DNA from: Parcubacteria group bacterium Gr01-1014_30
Lineage (GTDB): Bacteria; Patescibacteriota; Minisyncoccia; Minisyncoccales; 2-12-FULL-40-12
NCBI GenBank assembly: GCA_007376185.1
Contig: VMFS01000007.1
Span: forward strand, 1,390 to 65,389
Direction of reading: 5' to 3'
Length of the DNA stretch: 64,000 bases
Below are positions 43,825 to 51,846 of this stretch, piece by piece. The notes under the pieces are model-generated. The model was not told the DNA's origin, searched no databases, and worked only from the letters and a program-made list of their open reading frames with translations. Made by a program: the position numbers and the translations under genes. Every line of letters starts with the position of its first letter. Positions within the stretch are counted from its first letter, which is position 1.

Positions 43825-44086
43825 ATGAGGCGAATTTTATATTCTTCTAAGTTTAAGAAAAACTTGAAGAAGATGCCTGATTTTGTTAAGGAAGCTTTCC
43901 TTGAAAAGGAAAGTTTGTTTTTAAGCAACCCCTTTCACCCTTCCTTGGAGACGCATAAACTTCACGGGAAGTACAAAGAGTACTGGGCTTTTACGCTCCA
44001 TAGGTCAGTACAGAATTATGTTTAAGTTCATTGGTAAAGGAGATTTTGGTTTTATCAACGTAGGTACTCACGAAATCTATAAGTAA
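43825..44086 (+). pseudogene. RelE/YafQ-like toxin with a frameshift
   Basis: ORF 43825-44025 ends ...HGKYKEYWAFTLHRSVQNYV*. Shifting the frame by one nt near 43997 gives SIGQYRIMFKFIGKGDFGFINVGTHEIYK* (stop 44084-44086), the expected RelE-type C-terminus. Confidence 0.55.
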
Positions 44087-44104
44087 GTGAGAGGCCTCTT
44101 AAAT

Positions 44105-44500
44105 ATGAAACAGTTGACGTTTAGGCTAAAACCAGGGCAGTTTTTGAGGGAGGAGATTGAGAAAAGAGCCAAAAACATTCCGGCAGGAGTTTTGTTGGCG
44201 GTGGTAGGTAATCTTGATTTTGCCGTTTTGCGAATGCCGGGAGCTACACCTAAAAAGCAAGTCGTTAAAAAATTGAAAGGCCCCTTTGAAATAGTGTCGG
44301 GAAATGGCACAATTTCAAAAGGCGGATGCCACATTCACGTATCTTTGTCTGACAAGGCGGGGAAAGTTATCGGCGGACATTTGAAGCACGGGTGCAGGGT
44401 TCGCGCCACGGTTGAGGTCGTTATAGCGGTTTTTGATGAAGTTGTTTATAAAAGAGAACGGGACGAGGATACTGGTTTTGAAGAATTAGTTGTGGAATAA
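44105..44500 (+). CDS. PPC/DUF296 domain protein
   Basis: Likely start is MKQLTFRLKPGQ. GPFEIVSGNGTIS...HIHVSLSDKAGKVIGGHL pattern. Confidence 0.6.
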   Translation: MKQLTFRLKPGQFLREEIEKRAKNIPAGVLLAVVGNLDFAVLRMPGATPKKQVVKKLKGPFEIVSGNGTISKGGCHIHVSLSDKAGKVIGGHLKHGCRVRATVEVVIAVFDEVVYKRERDEDTGFEELVVE

Positions 44501-44506
44501 AATTTT

Positions 44507-44932
44507 ATGGAATATCCGCAAAACGTGCCAAAAGTTGGGGTGGGGGTGTTAATCTTCAAAGAAGGGAAAATTCTGCTCGGCAAGCGCAGAGGGTCTCACG
44601 GCGAGGGAGAATACGCGCCTCCGGGCGGCCACCTTGAGTATATGGAGTCATTTGAGGATTGCGCGAGAAGGGAAACAAAAGAAGAATGTGGGCTTGAGAT
44701 AAAAAACATCAGGTTTCAGTTTGCAGCAAATGTTTTTGAGTATACTCCCAGGCATTACGTTCACATCGGATTGGTCGCCGACTGGAAAGCAGACGAGCCA
44801 GAATTGCTGGCGCCTGAAGAGGTTGAGGGGTGGGATTGGTACGATTTAGACAAACTTCCAGAGCCCTTGTTTGAGATACAAAAATTGGCAATGGAGGCGT
44901 TAAGAACAGGAAAGAATTACTTTGATGCGTAA
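44507..44932 (+). CDS. NUDIX hydrolase
   Basis: Nudix box GGHLEYMESFEDCARRETKEECGL. Confidence 0.85.
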   Translation: MEYPQNVPKVGVGVLIFKEGKILLGKRRGSHGEGEYAPPGGHLEYMESFEDCARRETKEECGLEIKNIRFQFAANVFEYTPRHYVHIGLVADWKADEPELLAPEEVEGWDWYDLDKLPEPLFEIQKLAMEALRTGKNYFDA

Positions 44933-45260
44933 GAGTCAAAATTCAAAAGTCAAGATAGTCGTGTTTGCGCCGGCCTCAAAAACGGCCAAAATTAGAGAAG
45001 TGATGGGCGAAGCCGGCGCGGGGAGAATTGGAAAATATACTTTTTGCAGTTTTTCGGCAAAAGGCATTGGCAGATTTAAGGCAGTAAACGGCGCGCGGCC
45101 CGCGATTGGCAAAATTGGAAAGTTAGAAGAAGTTTTGGAAGAGAGAATTGAAATGGTGTGCGAAGGGGAAAAGTTAAAAAAGGTGCTGGCCGCAATAAAA
45201 AAAGCCCACCCTTACGAGGAACCTGCCATTGACGTTTACCCGCTGGAGGAAATAAGATAG
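44922..45260 (+). CDS. small protein resembling the NIF3/YqfO PII-like insert domain (putative)
   Basis: KIVVFAP...IREVMGEAGAGRIGKYTFCSF...GRFKAVNGARPAIG...AHPYEEPAIDVYPL. Confidence 0.4.
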   Translation: MMRKSQNSKVKIVVFAPASKTAKIREVMGEAGAGRIGKYTFCSFSAKGIGRFKAVNGARPAIGKIGKLEEVLEERIEMVCEGEKLKKVLAAIKKAHPYEEPAIDVYPLEEIR

Positions 45261-45264
45261 CTTT

Positions 45265-46533
45265 ATGGAAAAAACTGGCGTTTACGTTATTGTAATTGGC
45301 ATCATTGTTTTGGCTTTTTTTGCCGGGAATTTTGCTTGGCCTCAATTGTTAAACTTGGGATTCGTGCCAAACGTTCCTTACAAGCTCGGTCTGGACTTGC
45401 AGGGTGGAGTTCATTTGGTTTACGAGGCCGGTTTGTCGCAGATAGCGCAAGCAGACAGAGCCGACGCTATGGAAGGACTAAGAGACGTAATTGAAAGAAG
45501 AGTCAACCTTTTTGGCGTCAGGGAGCCGGTTGTTCACGTGCAGAGAAACCGGCTCGTGGTTGAGTTAGCCGGTGTGCTTGAGCCAGCAAAAGCCATTAGG
45601 TTGATAGGGGAGACGCCTTTTTTGGAGTTCCGCGAGCTTTCGCAGGAAGCAGAAAGACAAGAAGAAGAACTTATTGAGTTCACACCCACTCCTTTGACCG
45701 GAAGATATCTTCAGAAGGCCGAAGTCGTGTTTGAGCAGTTGGCTTACCGCCCCACAATTTCTCTTCAGTTTAACCAAGAGGGCGCCAAAATCTTTGAAGA
45801 AATAACCGCTCAGAATGTGGGTAAGCCCGTGGCGATTTACATTGACGGAGTTTTAATTTCAGCTCCGGTTGTGCAAGAACCCATTTCAGGAGGCAAGGCC
45901 CAAATCACGGGGCAGTTTACCATTGCCCAAGCGCAGGAGCTGGCAAGGAACCTTAATGCTGGAGCTTTGCCTTTGCCCATTACTTTGATATCGGAGCAGT
46001 CCGTGGGGCCAACGCTGGGGGCAGTTTCTTTGGCGCAGTCCTTGAGAGCTGGAATTTTGGGTTTTTTGGCCATACTACTATTTATGATTGGTTTTTATAG
46101 AATTCCTGGCCTTCTTTCTTCAATTTCCCTGCTCATTTACGTGGTTTTACTTTTAGCTCTTTTTAAGTTAATTTCAGTGACCTTAACTTTGGCTGGCATT
46201 GCCGGTCTCCTTCTTTCTATGGGCATGGCGGTTGATGCCAACGTTTTAATATTCTCCAGAGTGCGGGAAGAATTAAAACAGGGGAAAAACTATCTGCACG
46301 CTCTGGAAGAAGGGATAAAAAGAGCTTGGCCAGCCATTCGCGACGGAAACCTGACCACTATTTTGGTCGGCTTGATTCTATTTGGTTTTGGGACAAGTTT
46401 TGTCAAAGGTTTTGCTTTTACCTTAGTGATTGGTAACTTGGTTGGTATGTTCACGGCGATTGTTGTCACCAATAATCTTTTAAGACTCTTCCCGAAGGAT
46501 AAAAACCTTAAATGGTTTTGGCTGTGGTTCTAA
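45265..46533 (+). CDS. secD: protein translocase subunit SecD
   Basis: LGLDLQGGVHLVYEA, GETPFLEFRE, GPTLG, LTLAGIAGLLLSMGMAVDANVLIFSR. Confidence 0.85.
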   Translation: MEKTGVYVIVIGIIVLAFFAGNFAWPQLLNLGFVPNVPYKLGLDLQGGVHLVYEAGLSQIAQADRADAMEGLRDVIERRVNLFGVREPVVHVQRNRLVVELAGVLEPAKAIRLIGETPFLEFRELSQEAERQEEELIEFTPTPLTGRYLQKAEVVFEQLAYRPTISLQFNQEGAKIFEEITAQNVGKPVAIYIDGVLISAPVVQEPISGGKAQITGQFTIAQAQELARNLNAGALPLPITLISEQSVGPTLGAVSLAQSLRAGILGFLAILLFMIGFYRIPGLLSSISLLIYVVLLLALFKLISVTLTLAGIAGLLLSMGMAVDANVLIFSRVREELKQGKNYLHALEEGIKRAWPAIRDGNLTTILVGLILFGFGTSFVKGFAFTLVIGNLVGMFTAIVVTNNLLRLFPKDKNLKWFWLWF

Positions 46534-46542
46534 GAAATTTTT

Positions 46543-47430
46543 ATGAACATTCCTTTTCTAAAATACTCCAAAGTTTATTATATCTTTTCCGGCCTTTTAG
46601 CCGGGTCATCAATTATTGTCCTGTTTATTTTTGGTTTGAGGTTGGGGATAGATTTTACAGGCGGCAGTATTTTGGAAGCCGAGTTTGAACTGCGGCCGGA
46701 AAATATGGTAATTAGCGAAAAATTAAAAAACCTAAATTTGGGAGAAATTACTATTCAGCCAACAGGGGAACAAGGAGTGATTTTGAGGATCAAAGATATT
46801 GACGAACCTCTTCACCAAGAAATTCTGAAAAATCTCAGAGAAATATCAGGTCTTAAAGAGGTTCGCTTTGAAAACACTGGTCCTACCGTAGGCAAAGAAC
46901 TCCGTCAGAAAACCATAGTTTTAATAATCATTTCTTTATTTTCCCTGTTGATTTATATGGCTTTTTCTTTCAGGAAAGTAAAATATCCTCTTTCAGGTTG
47001 GCAATTTGGCATTGTGGCAATTGTCGTGCTTTTCTTCGATGTTTTAGTGCCAATTGGTATTTTTGCTTTTTTGGGGAAATTTTACAACACACAATTTAAC
47101 ATTCCGATCACCACCGCTTTGTTGACTATTTTGGGTTACACAATTAATGATAAGGTAATTGTTTTTGATAGGGTGAGGGAAAATATTTTAAGAATGCGAG
47201 GAGCAGATTTTAATGCGGTGGTTAACCAGAGCTTGAACGAAGTACTTCTGAGATCTTTGAGTACTGGAACTTGCACCCTGTTAGTTTTATTTTTTATATT
47301 TTTACTGGGCGGAGAGACCTTGAGATATTTTGCCTTAACTCTAATCTTGGGAATTGTAGCTGGAACATACTCTTCAATTTTTCTGGGGGGTCCATTGTTG
47401 GTTACCTGGGAAAAGTGGAGGAGGAAGTGA
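46543..47430 (+). CDS. secF: protein translocase subunit SecF
   Basis: LGIDFTGGS, GPTVGKELR, LLTILGYTINDKVIVFDRVREN. Confidence 0.85.
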   Translation: MNIPFLKYSKVYYIFSGLLAGSSIIVLFIFGLRLGIDFTGGSILEAEFELRPENMVISEKLKNLNLGEITIQPTGEQGVILRIKDIDEPLHQEILKNLREISGLKEVRFENTGPTVGKELRQKTIVLIIISLFSLLIYMAFSFRKVKYPLSGWQFGIVAIVVLFFDVLVPIGIFAFLGKFYNTQFNIPITTALLTILGYTINDKVIVFDRVRENILRMRGADFNAVVNQSLNEVLLRSLSTGTCTLLVLFFIFLLGGETLRYFALTLILGIVAGTYSSIFLGGPLLVTWEKWRRK

Positions 47431-47470
47431 AGGTTGACAAGAGCGCTTGTATATGATATAAAAATATAAT

Positions 47471-48481
47471 ATGCTATTTGATTATCAAAAAATTTGCGCA
47501 GGGCTCTTGAGCGAATTGCCTTCAAGGCAGAAAGAAACTCTCATCAGGCGTTTTGGGCTTGCCCCCACACTAAAATTTGGTGTGGGGGTTGGACAAGGCG
47601 CAGAACCTGAAACCTTGGAATCCATAGGCCGCTCTTTTGGAATTACCAGAGAGCGCGTCAGACAAATTGAAAAAGACGGCATCGGCAAAATAAGGTTAAA
47701 GCTCGGAAAACACGAAAAGGTCTTTCAATATTTTAAAGAGCTGTTAGACACCACAGGCGGGCTAAGAAAAGAAGACGTTTTGCTGTCAGAGCTCGGCGGC
47801 CAAAAGTGCTCCAGACACACCTTCTTTTTACTGACGCTTGAAGAACCCTTTCATAGATTTCCCGAAACAGAAGAGTTTCATTCTTTGTGGACATTAAGTC
47901 CGAAAGTTTTTGAAACGGCTAAAAACGTTGTCAATTCTTTTCGCCAAAAGCTCGCAAGAGCCAAGAAACTTTTGAATTTATCCGACTTTGGGGCTTCTTC
48001 GGGCGCTTCTTCCCGATTTTTGGAGTACTATCTGGAGATTTCAAAGACAGTGCAAAGAAACCAGGAAGGCCTTTTTGGTTTGAGCGACTGGCCCGAGATA
48101 AACCCGCGCAGCATTAAAGATAAGTCGTTTTTGGCGCTAAGGAAAGCTGGGAAACCTCTTCACTTCCGAGACGTGGCTCAAAACATCGGGCCTGACGCTT
48201 TGCCTCAAACCGTTCACAACGAGCTGATTCGCGACCCCAGGTTTGTTTTGGTTGGCAGGGGGCTTTACGCGCTGCGCGAGTGGGGGTTTAAAGACGGACA
48301 GGTTAAAGACATAATTCACGACCTTTTGGCGCAGTCAAGCGTCCCAATGTCCAGGCAGGAGATTTTGGAGAAAGTCCTGCAGCAAAGACTGGTTAAAGAA
48401 AGCACGGTTTTGCTTAACCTGAACAACAAAAAGTACTTTGTCAAGGATTCCCAAGAAAAGTACCAGATTAAAGAGGCGTAA
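47471..48481 (+). CDS. sigma-70 region-4-like HTH plus HARE-HTH domain protein
   Basis: TLESIGRSFGITRERVRQIEKDGIGKIR (sigma region 4-like). C-terminal ALRKAGKPLHFRDVAQNI...VLVGRGLYALREWG (HARE-HTH-like). 3 nt upstream of the ATPase operon. Confidence 0.5.
   Translation: MLFDYQKICAGLLSELPSRQKETLIRRFGLAPTLKFGVGVGQGAEPETLESIGRSFGITRERVRQIEKDGIGKIRLKLGKHEKVFQYFKELLDTTGGLRKEDVLLSELGGQKCSRHTFFLLTLEEPFHRFPETEEFHSLWTLSPKVFETAKNVVNSFRQKLARAKKLLNLSDFGASSGASSRFLEYYLEISKTVQRNQEGLFGLSDWPEINPRSIKDKSFLALRKAGKPLHFRDVAQNIGPDALPQTVHNELIRDPRFVLVGRGLYALREWGFKDGQVKDIIHDLLAQSSVPMSRQEILEKVLQQRLVKESTVLLNLNNKKYFVKDSQEKYQIKEA
47562..47588. repeat. in-frame hairpin insertion in the sigma-like gene
   Basis: cccccacac-taaaatttg-gtgtggggg, a 9-bp perfect stem. 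Encodes PTLKFGVGV between RFGL and the TLESIG HTH. Confidence 0.5.
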
Positions 48482-48484
48482 TTT

Positions 48485-48733
48485 ATGTCTTTTTTAGACA
48501 TAGGTGCAATTGTTGTGTTTTCGCTCGCCGCGGTATTTTTTGTGGTTTTCTTTTGGCTTTGTCGCGGCTGGGCAAAGCCAATGCATCCTGAAAGGCGCAC
48601 CGTGATAGGGCTGATGGTTAGCTCTCTTTATACTTTTTGGTTCATTGTTATCGGTATGTTAATTTTAATAGTGATTTGGCTGATTTGGCAATTTTTGCCG
48701 AATTTGTCTAACTTACGAACTTTTTCTTTCTAA
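48485..48733 (+). CDS. small two-TM membrane protein
   Basis: 82 aa with two hydrophobic segments (IVVFSLAAVFFVVFFWL and FWFIVIGMLILIVIWLIW). Confidence 0.4.
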   Translation: MSFLDIGAIVVFSLAAVFFVVFFWLCRGWAKPMHPERRTVIGLMVSSLYTFWFIVIGMLILIVIWLIWQFLPNLSNLRTFSF

Positions 48734-48736
48734 CAT

Positions 48737-50086
48737 ATGTTTCACCAAGAAATCGTTGACATACTCTTGCAGGTTGCGACCAATTGGTGGTGGCTCATTT
48801 TGCCGCTTATTCTTTGGTTTCCCGCCGCCTTTTTTTACCTTTGGTGGCTGAGCTGGGAAGTTTGGTACCCCAAGTATAAATGGGTTGTTTTGGAAATAAA
48901 GCCGCCCAAAGAGATTCTAAAACCCTTCAGGGCTATGGAGGACATTTACTCGGGGCTTTGGGGCGTAATAGACACTCCAAACTGGCGGGAAAAGTGGTGC
49001 GAAGGGGAGGTTGAATTGGGCGGAGGCCTTTGGTTTTCTTTTGAGGTTGTTTCCCTTGGCGGAAACATCCACTTTTATCTAAGAATAAAAGAGGAGTTTC
49101 GCGATACAGCCGAGTCCGTGATTTACGCTCAGTATCCGGACGCGGAAATCACCGAAGTTGAGGACTACGCCAAAAACGTTCCCCAGGACCTGCCTAATAA
49201 AGACTGGAATTTGTACGCAGAAGATTATCAGTTCAGCAAGGAAGATCCTTACCCCATCAAGACCTACAGCAAGTTTTTTGAAGAAAGGCCTGAAGTCGCC
49301 AAAGAAGAAAAAAGGATTGATCCAATGGACGCCCTCTTGGAAGGCTTGAGCAAGGTAACTCCAGACGAACAGCTTTGGCTTCAAATCGGATGCATTCCGC
49401 TGCTTGACAGACTTATGCCGAAGCGTTGGATAACAAGGGGCAAAGAAATAAGGGATGAACTTGCCAAAAGACCAAAGGCCAAGAAGCCAAAACCAATGAT
49501 TGAAGAGGCCGTTGACGTTTTGCTTGTCGGTCCCTCAACAGAAAAGGAAGTTAAGGATCCCTTTGCGTCCGCGGTAGAGTTTCGTTTGACTCCCGGGGAA
49601 AAAGATACTTTGGCGGCAATTGAAAATAAAATATCAAAGCATGGTTACAGCTGCTGGATAAGAATGGTGCACATTTTTAAAGCCGACAAACCGCACTTGA
49701 GAGGCAGACAATACACAATGAGAAGCTACTTCCAGCAATTTATGACCGAGAGTTTGAATTCAATTAACTATCTTGGCGTTACAAGAACCAGAATACATTA
49801 CGTATTTCCTAAAAGGCGCCTTTTTATGAGAAAGCGAAGGCAGTTTAGAAATTACATTAAAAGGGTGCCCCCTTACTACCCTAAAATGACAGGAGAACCT
49901 TCTTCTTTTCTCAAGCTGGAACTGCTCGGCGAGTCAAAAGGCCCCGGTCTAGGAAAGGGCACAATGGTGCTGAACATTGAGGAACTTGCCACCATTTTTC
50001 ATTTTCCGACGAAAATCATTGTTCCCGGCGTTCCTTACGTTGAAGCTAAAAAAGCGGGTCCTCCTCAAGACTTGCCAACAGAATGA
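48737..50086 (+). CDS. membrane protein partner of the P-loop ATPase (unknown family)
   Basis: 449 aa. W-rich N-terminal TM hairpin (NWWWLILPLILWFPAAFFYLWWLSW), then a soluble domain. Its stop overlaps the ATPase start (ATGA). Confidence 0.5.
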   Translation: MFHQEIVDILLQVATNWWWLILPLILWFPAAFFYLWWLSWEVWYPKYKWVVLEIKPPKEILKPFRAMEDIYSGLWGVIDTPNWREKWCEGEVELGGGLWFSFEVVSLGGNIHFYLRIKEEFRDTAESVIYAQYPDAEITEVEDYAKNVPQDLPNKDWNLYAEDYQFSKEDPYPIKTYSKFFEERPEVAKEEKRIDPMDALLEGLSKVTPDEQLWLQIGCIPLLDRLMPKRWITRGKEIRDELAKRPKAKKPKPMIEEAVDVLLVGPSTEKEVKDPFASAVEFRLTPGEKDTLAAIENKISKHGYSCWIRMVHIFKADKPHLRGRQYTMRSYFQQFMTESLNSINYLGVTRTRIHYVFPKRRLFMRKRRQFRNYIKRVPPYYPKMTGEPSSFLKLELLGESKGPGLGKGTMVLNIEELATIFHFPTKIIVPGVPYVEAKKAGPPQDLPTE

Positions 50087-51846
50087 GCGAAATAACTTTT
50101 CTCGCCAAAACTAGTTTTAGGAAAAAGAACCAAAAGTTCGGCATCAAAAAATCCGACAGGCGCCAGCATGCTTACATTATCGGTAAAACCGGTGTGGGCA
50201 AAACCGCTCTTTTGAAAAACATGGCTTTGCAAGACATTCAAAGGGGCGAGGGAATTGCCATTATTGATCCTCACGGCGAGTTTGTTGAAGAAGTTCTGGA
50301 TTCAATACCTTCCAACAGGATAAACGACGTGGTCTACTTCAATCCGGCCGACCAGGAATACCCTGTCAGTTTTAACATTCTTGAGGTTCAAGAACCCGAG
50401 TATAAGCATTTGGTGGCTTCTGGTTTAATCGGCATTTTCACCAAGATTTGGGCAAATGTTTGGTCTGCTCGTATGGAGTATATTCTGTCAAACTGCATTT
50501 TGGCGCTCTTGGACACGCCGGGCACGACTCTGTTGGGAATACCGCGCATTCTGGTGGACCGCGACTACCGCCAGAGAATAATCAATAACTTGAAAGACCC
50601 GGTTGTAAAATCGTTTTGGGTTAACGAATACGAAGAATGGACCCCATCTTACCGCAACGAGGCTATAGCTCCGCTGCAAAATAAAGTCGGCCAATTTCTC
50701 AACGTTTCCTTAATAAGGAACATTGTGGGCCAGGCAAAAAGCACTATTGACATCCCAAAAATAATGAACGAGGGGAAAATCCTGCTGGTCAATGTTTCCA
50801 AAGGAAGGGTGGGGGAGGATAACTCTGCCATCTTGGGAGCTATGATCATCACCAAAGTACAGCTGGCCACCATGGAAAGAGTCAGGATTCCCGAAGAAAA
50901 GCGAAGAGATTTTTATCTTTACGTTGACGAGTTCCAGAATTTTGCCACCGACGCTTTTGTTAATATTCTGTCTGAAGCCAGAAAATATCGCTTAAACTTA
51001 ATCGTCGCCCACCAGTACATCGGCCAGTTAATCACCAGCAGTACCACGCACACCACGACAACGGTTAGGGATGCTGTTTTCGGCAACGTGGGAACGATGA
51101 TATGTTTTCGCGTGGGAGCGGCTGATGCCGAGTTTTTGGAACAGGAGTTTTTTCCCGAGTTCACGCAAAAAGACTTGGTCAATCTGCCAAACTACAATGT
51201 TTATCTAAAACTTATGATAGAGGGCGTTACTTCGAGGCCTTTTTCCGCTCAAACTCTTCCTCCTCCCAGCGTTGATAGCACAAAAAGCAGCCGCGAAAAA
51301 ATTATCAGGGTTTCCAGAGAACAGTATTCCAAAAAAAGAGCAGAGGTTGAGTCAAAAATCGCCACGTGGTCTGGAATCTTGGAGAAAACGCCCGAAGAAT
51401 CGCTTTTTTCAACGGCCGCCCAACCCGGAGTTTTATACGACGCCAAATGTTCTTCTTGCGGCAAATGGACGAAAACTGTTTTTAAACCGCAGGAAGGAAA
51501 ACCTGTTTATTGCAAGTCCTGCCTTAGGAAAATGGCGGCCGCAAAAGCCGGCGCTAAGGCTTCTGGTGCCACTCTGCCCGAAACAACTTTGGCGCAACCT
51601 TCGGCTTTGGGCGCTTTAGGAATTGAGTTTGGCACTTCACAGGCAGCTCCAAGGCCCACTTTTCAGCGTCAAGAAAAGAAAGTTGAGGAAAAAGAAATTT
51701 CCTATATTCCGCCCATGCCTACACCAAAGAAAAAAGAGAGAAAAGTTGTTAACCTGGAAGCGCTTCAAAAAACCTTGACCGAGGCCTTGGGAAAGTTCAA
51801 GAAGGAGCCGGAGCAAGAAGCTGACGCGGAAGAAAAAAGTAAATGA
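50083..51846 (+). CDS. TraD/VirD4- or HerA/FtsK-like P-loop ATPase with C-terminal zinc ribbon
   Basis: Walker A GKTGVGKT, Walker B LYVDEFQNF, RKYRLNLIVAHQYIGQL. C-terminal CSSCGKWTKTVFKPQEGKPVYCKSC and a low-complexity A/K/E tail. Confidence 0.7.
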   Translation: MSEITFLAKTSFRKKNQKFGIKKSDRRQHAYIIGKTGVGKTALLKNMALQDIQRGEGIAIIDPHGEFVEEVLDSIPSNRINDVVYFNPADQEYPVSFNILEVQEPEYKHLVASGLIGIFTKIWANVWSARMEYILSNCILALLDTPGTTLLGIPRILVDRDYRQRIINNLKDPVVKSFWVNEYEEWTPSYRNEAIAPLQNKVGQFLNVSLIRNIVGQAKSTIDIPKIMNEGKILLVNVSKGRVGEDNSAILGAMIITKVQLATMERVRIPEEKRRDFYLYVDEFQNFATDAFVNILSEARKYRLNLIVAHQYIGQLITSSTTHTTTTVRDAVFGNVGTMICFRVGAADAEFLEQEFFPEFTQKDLVNLPNYNVYLKLMIEGVTSRPFSAQTLPPPSVDSTKSSREKIIRVSREQYSKKRAEVESKIATWSGILEKTPEESLFSTAAQPGVLYDAKCSSCGKWTKTVFKPQEGKPVYCKSCLRKMAAAKAGAKASGATLPETTLAQPSALGALGIEFGTSQAAPRPTFQRQEKKVEEKEISYIPPMPTPKKKERKVVNLEALQKTLTEALGKFKKEPEQEADAEEKSK

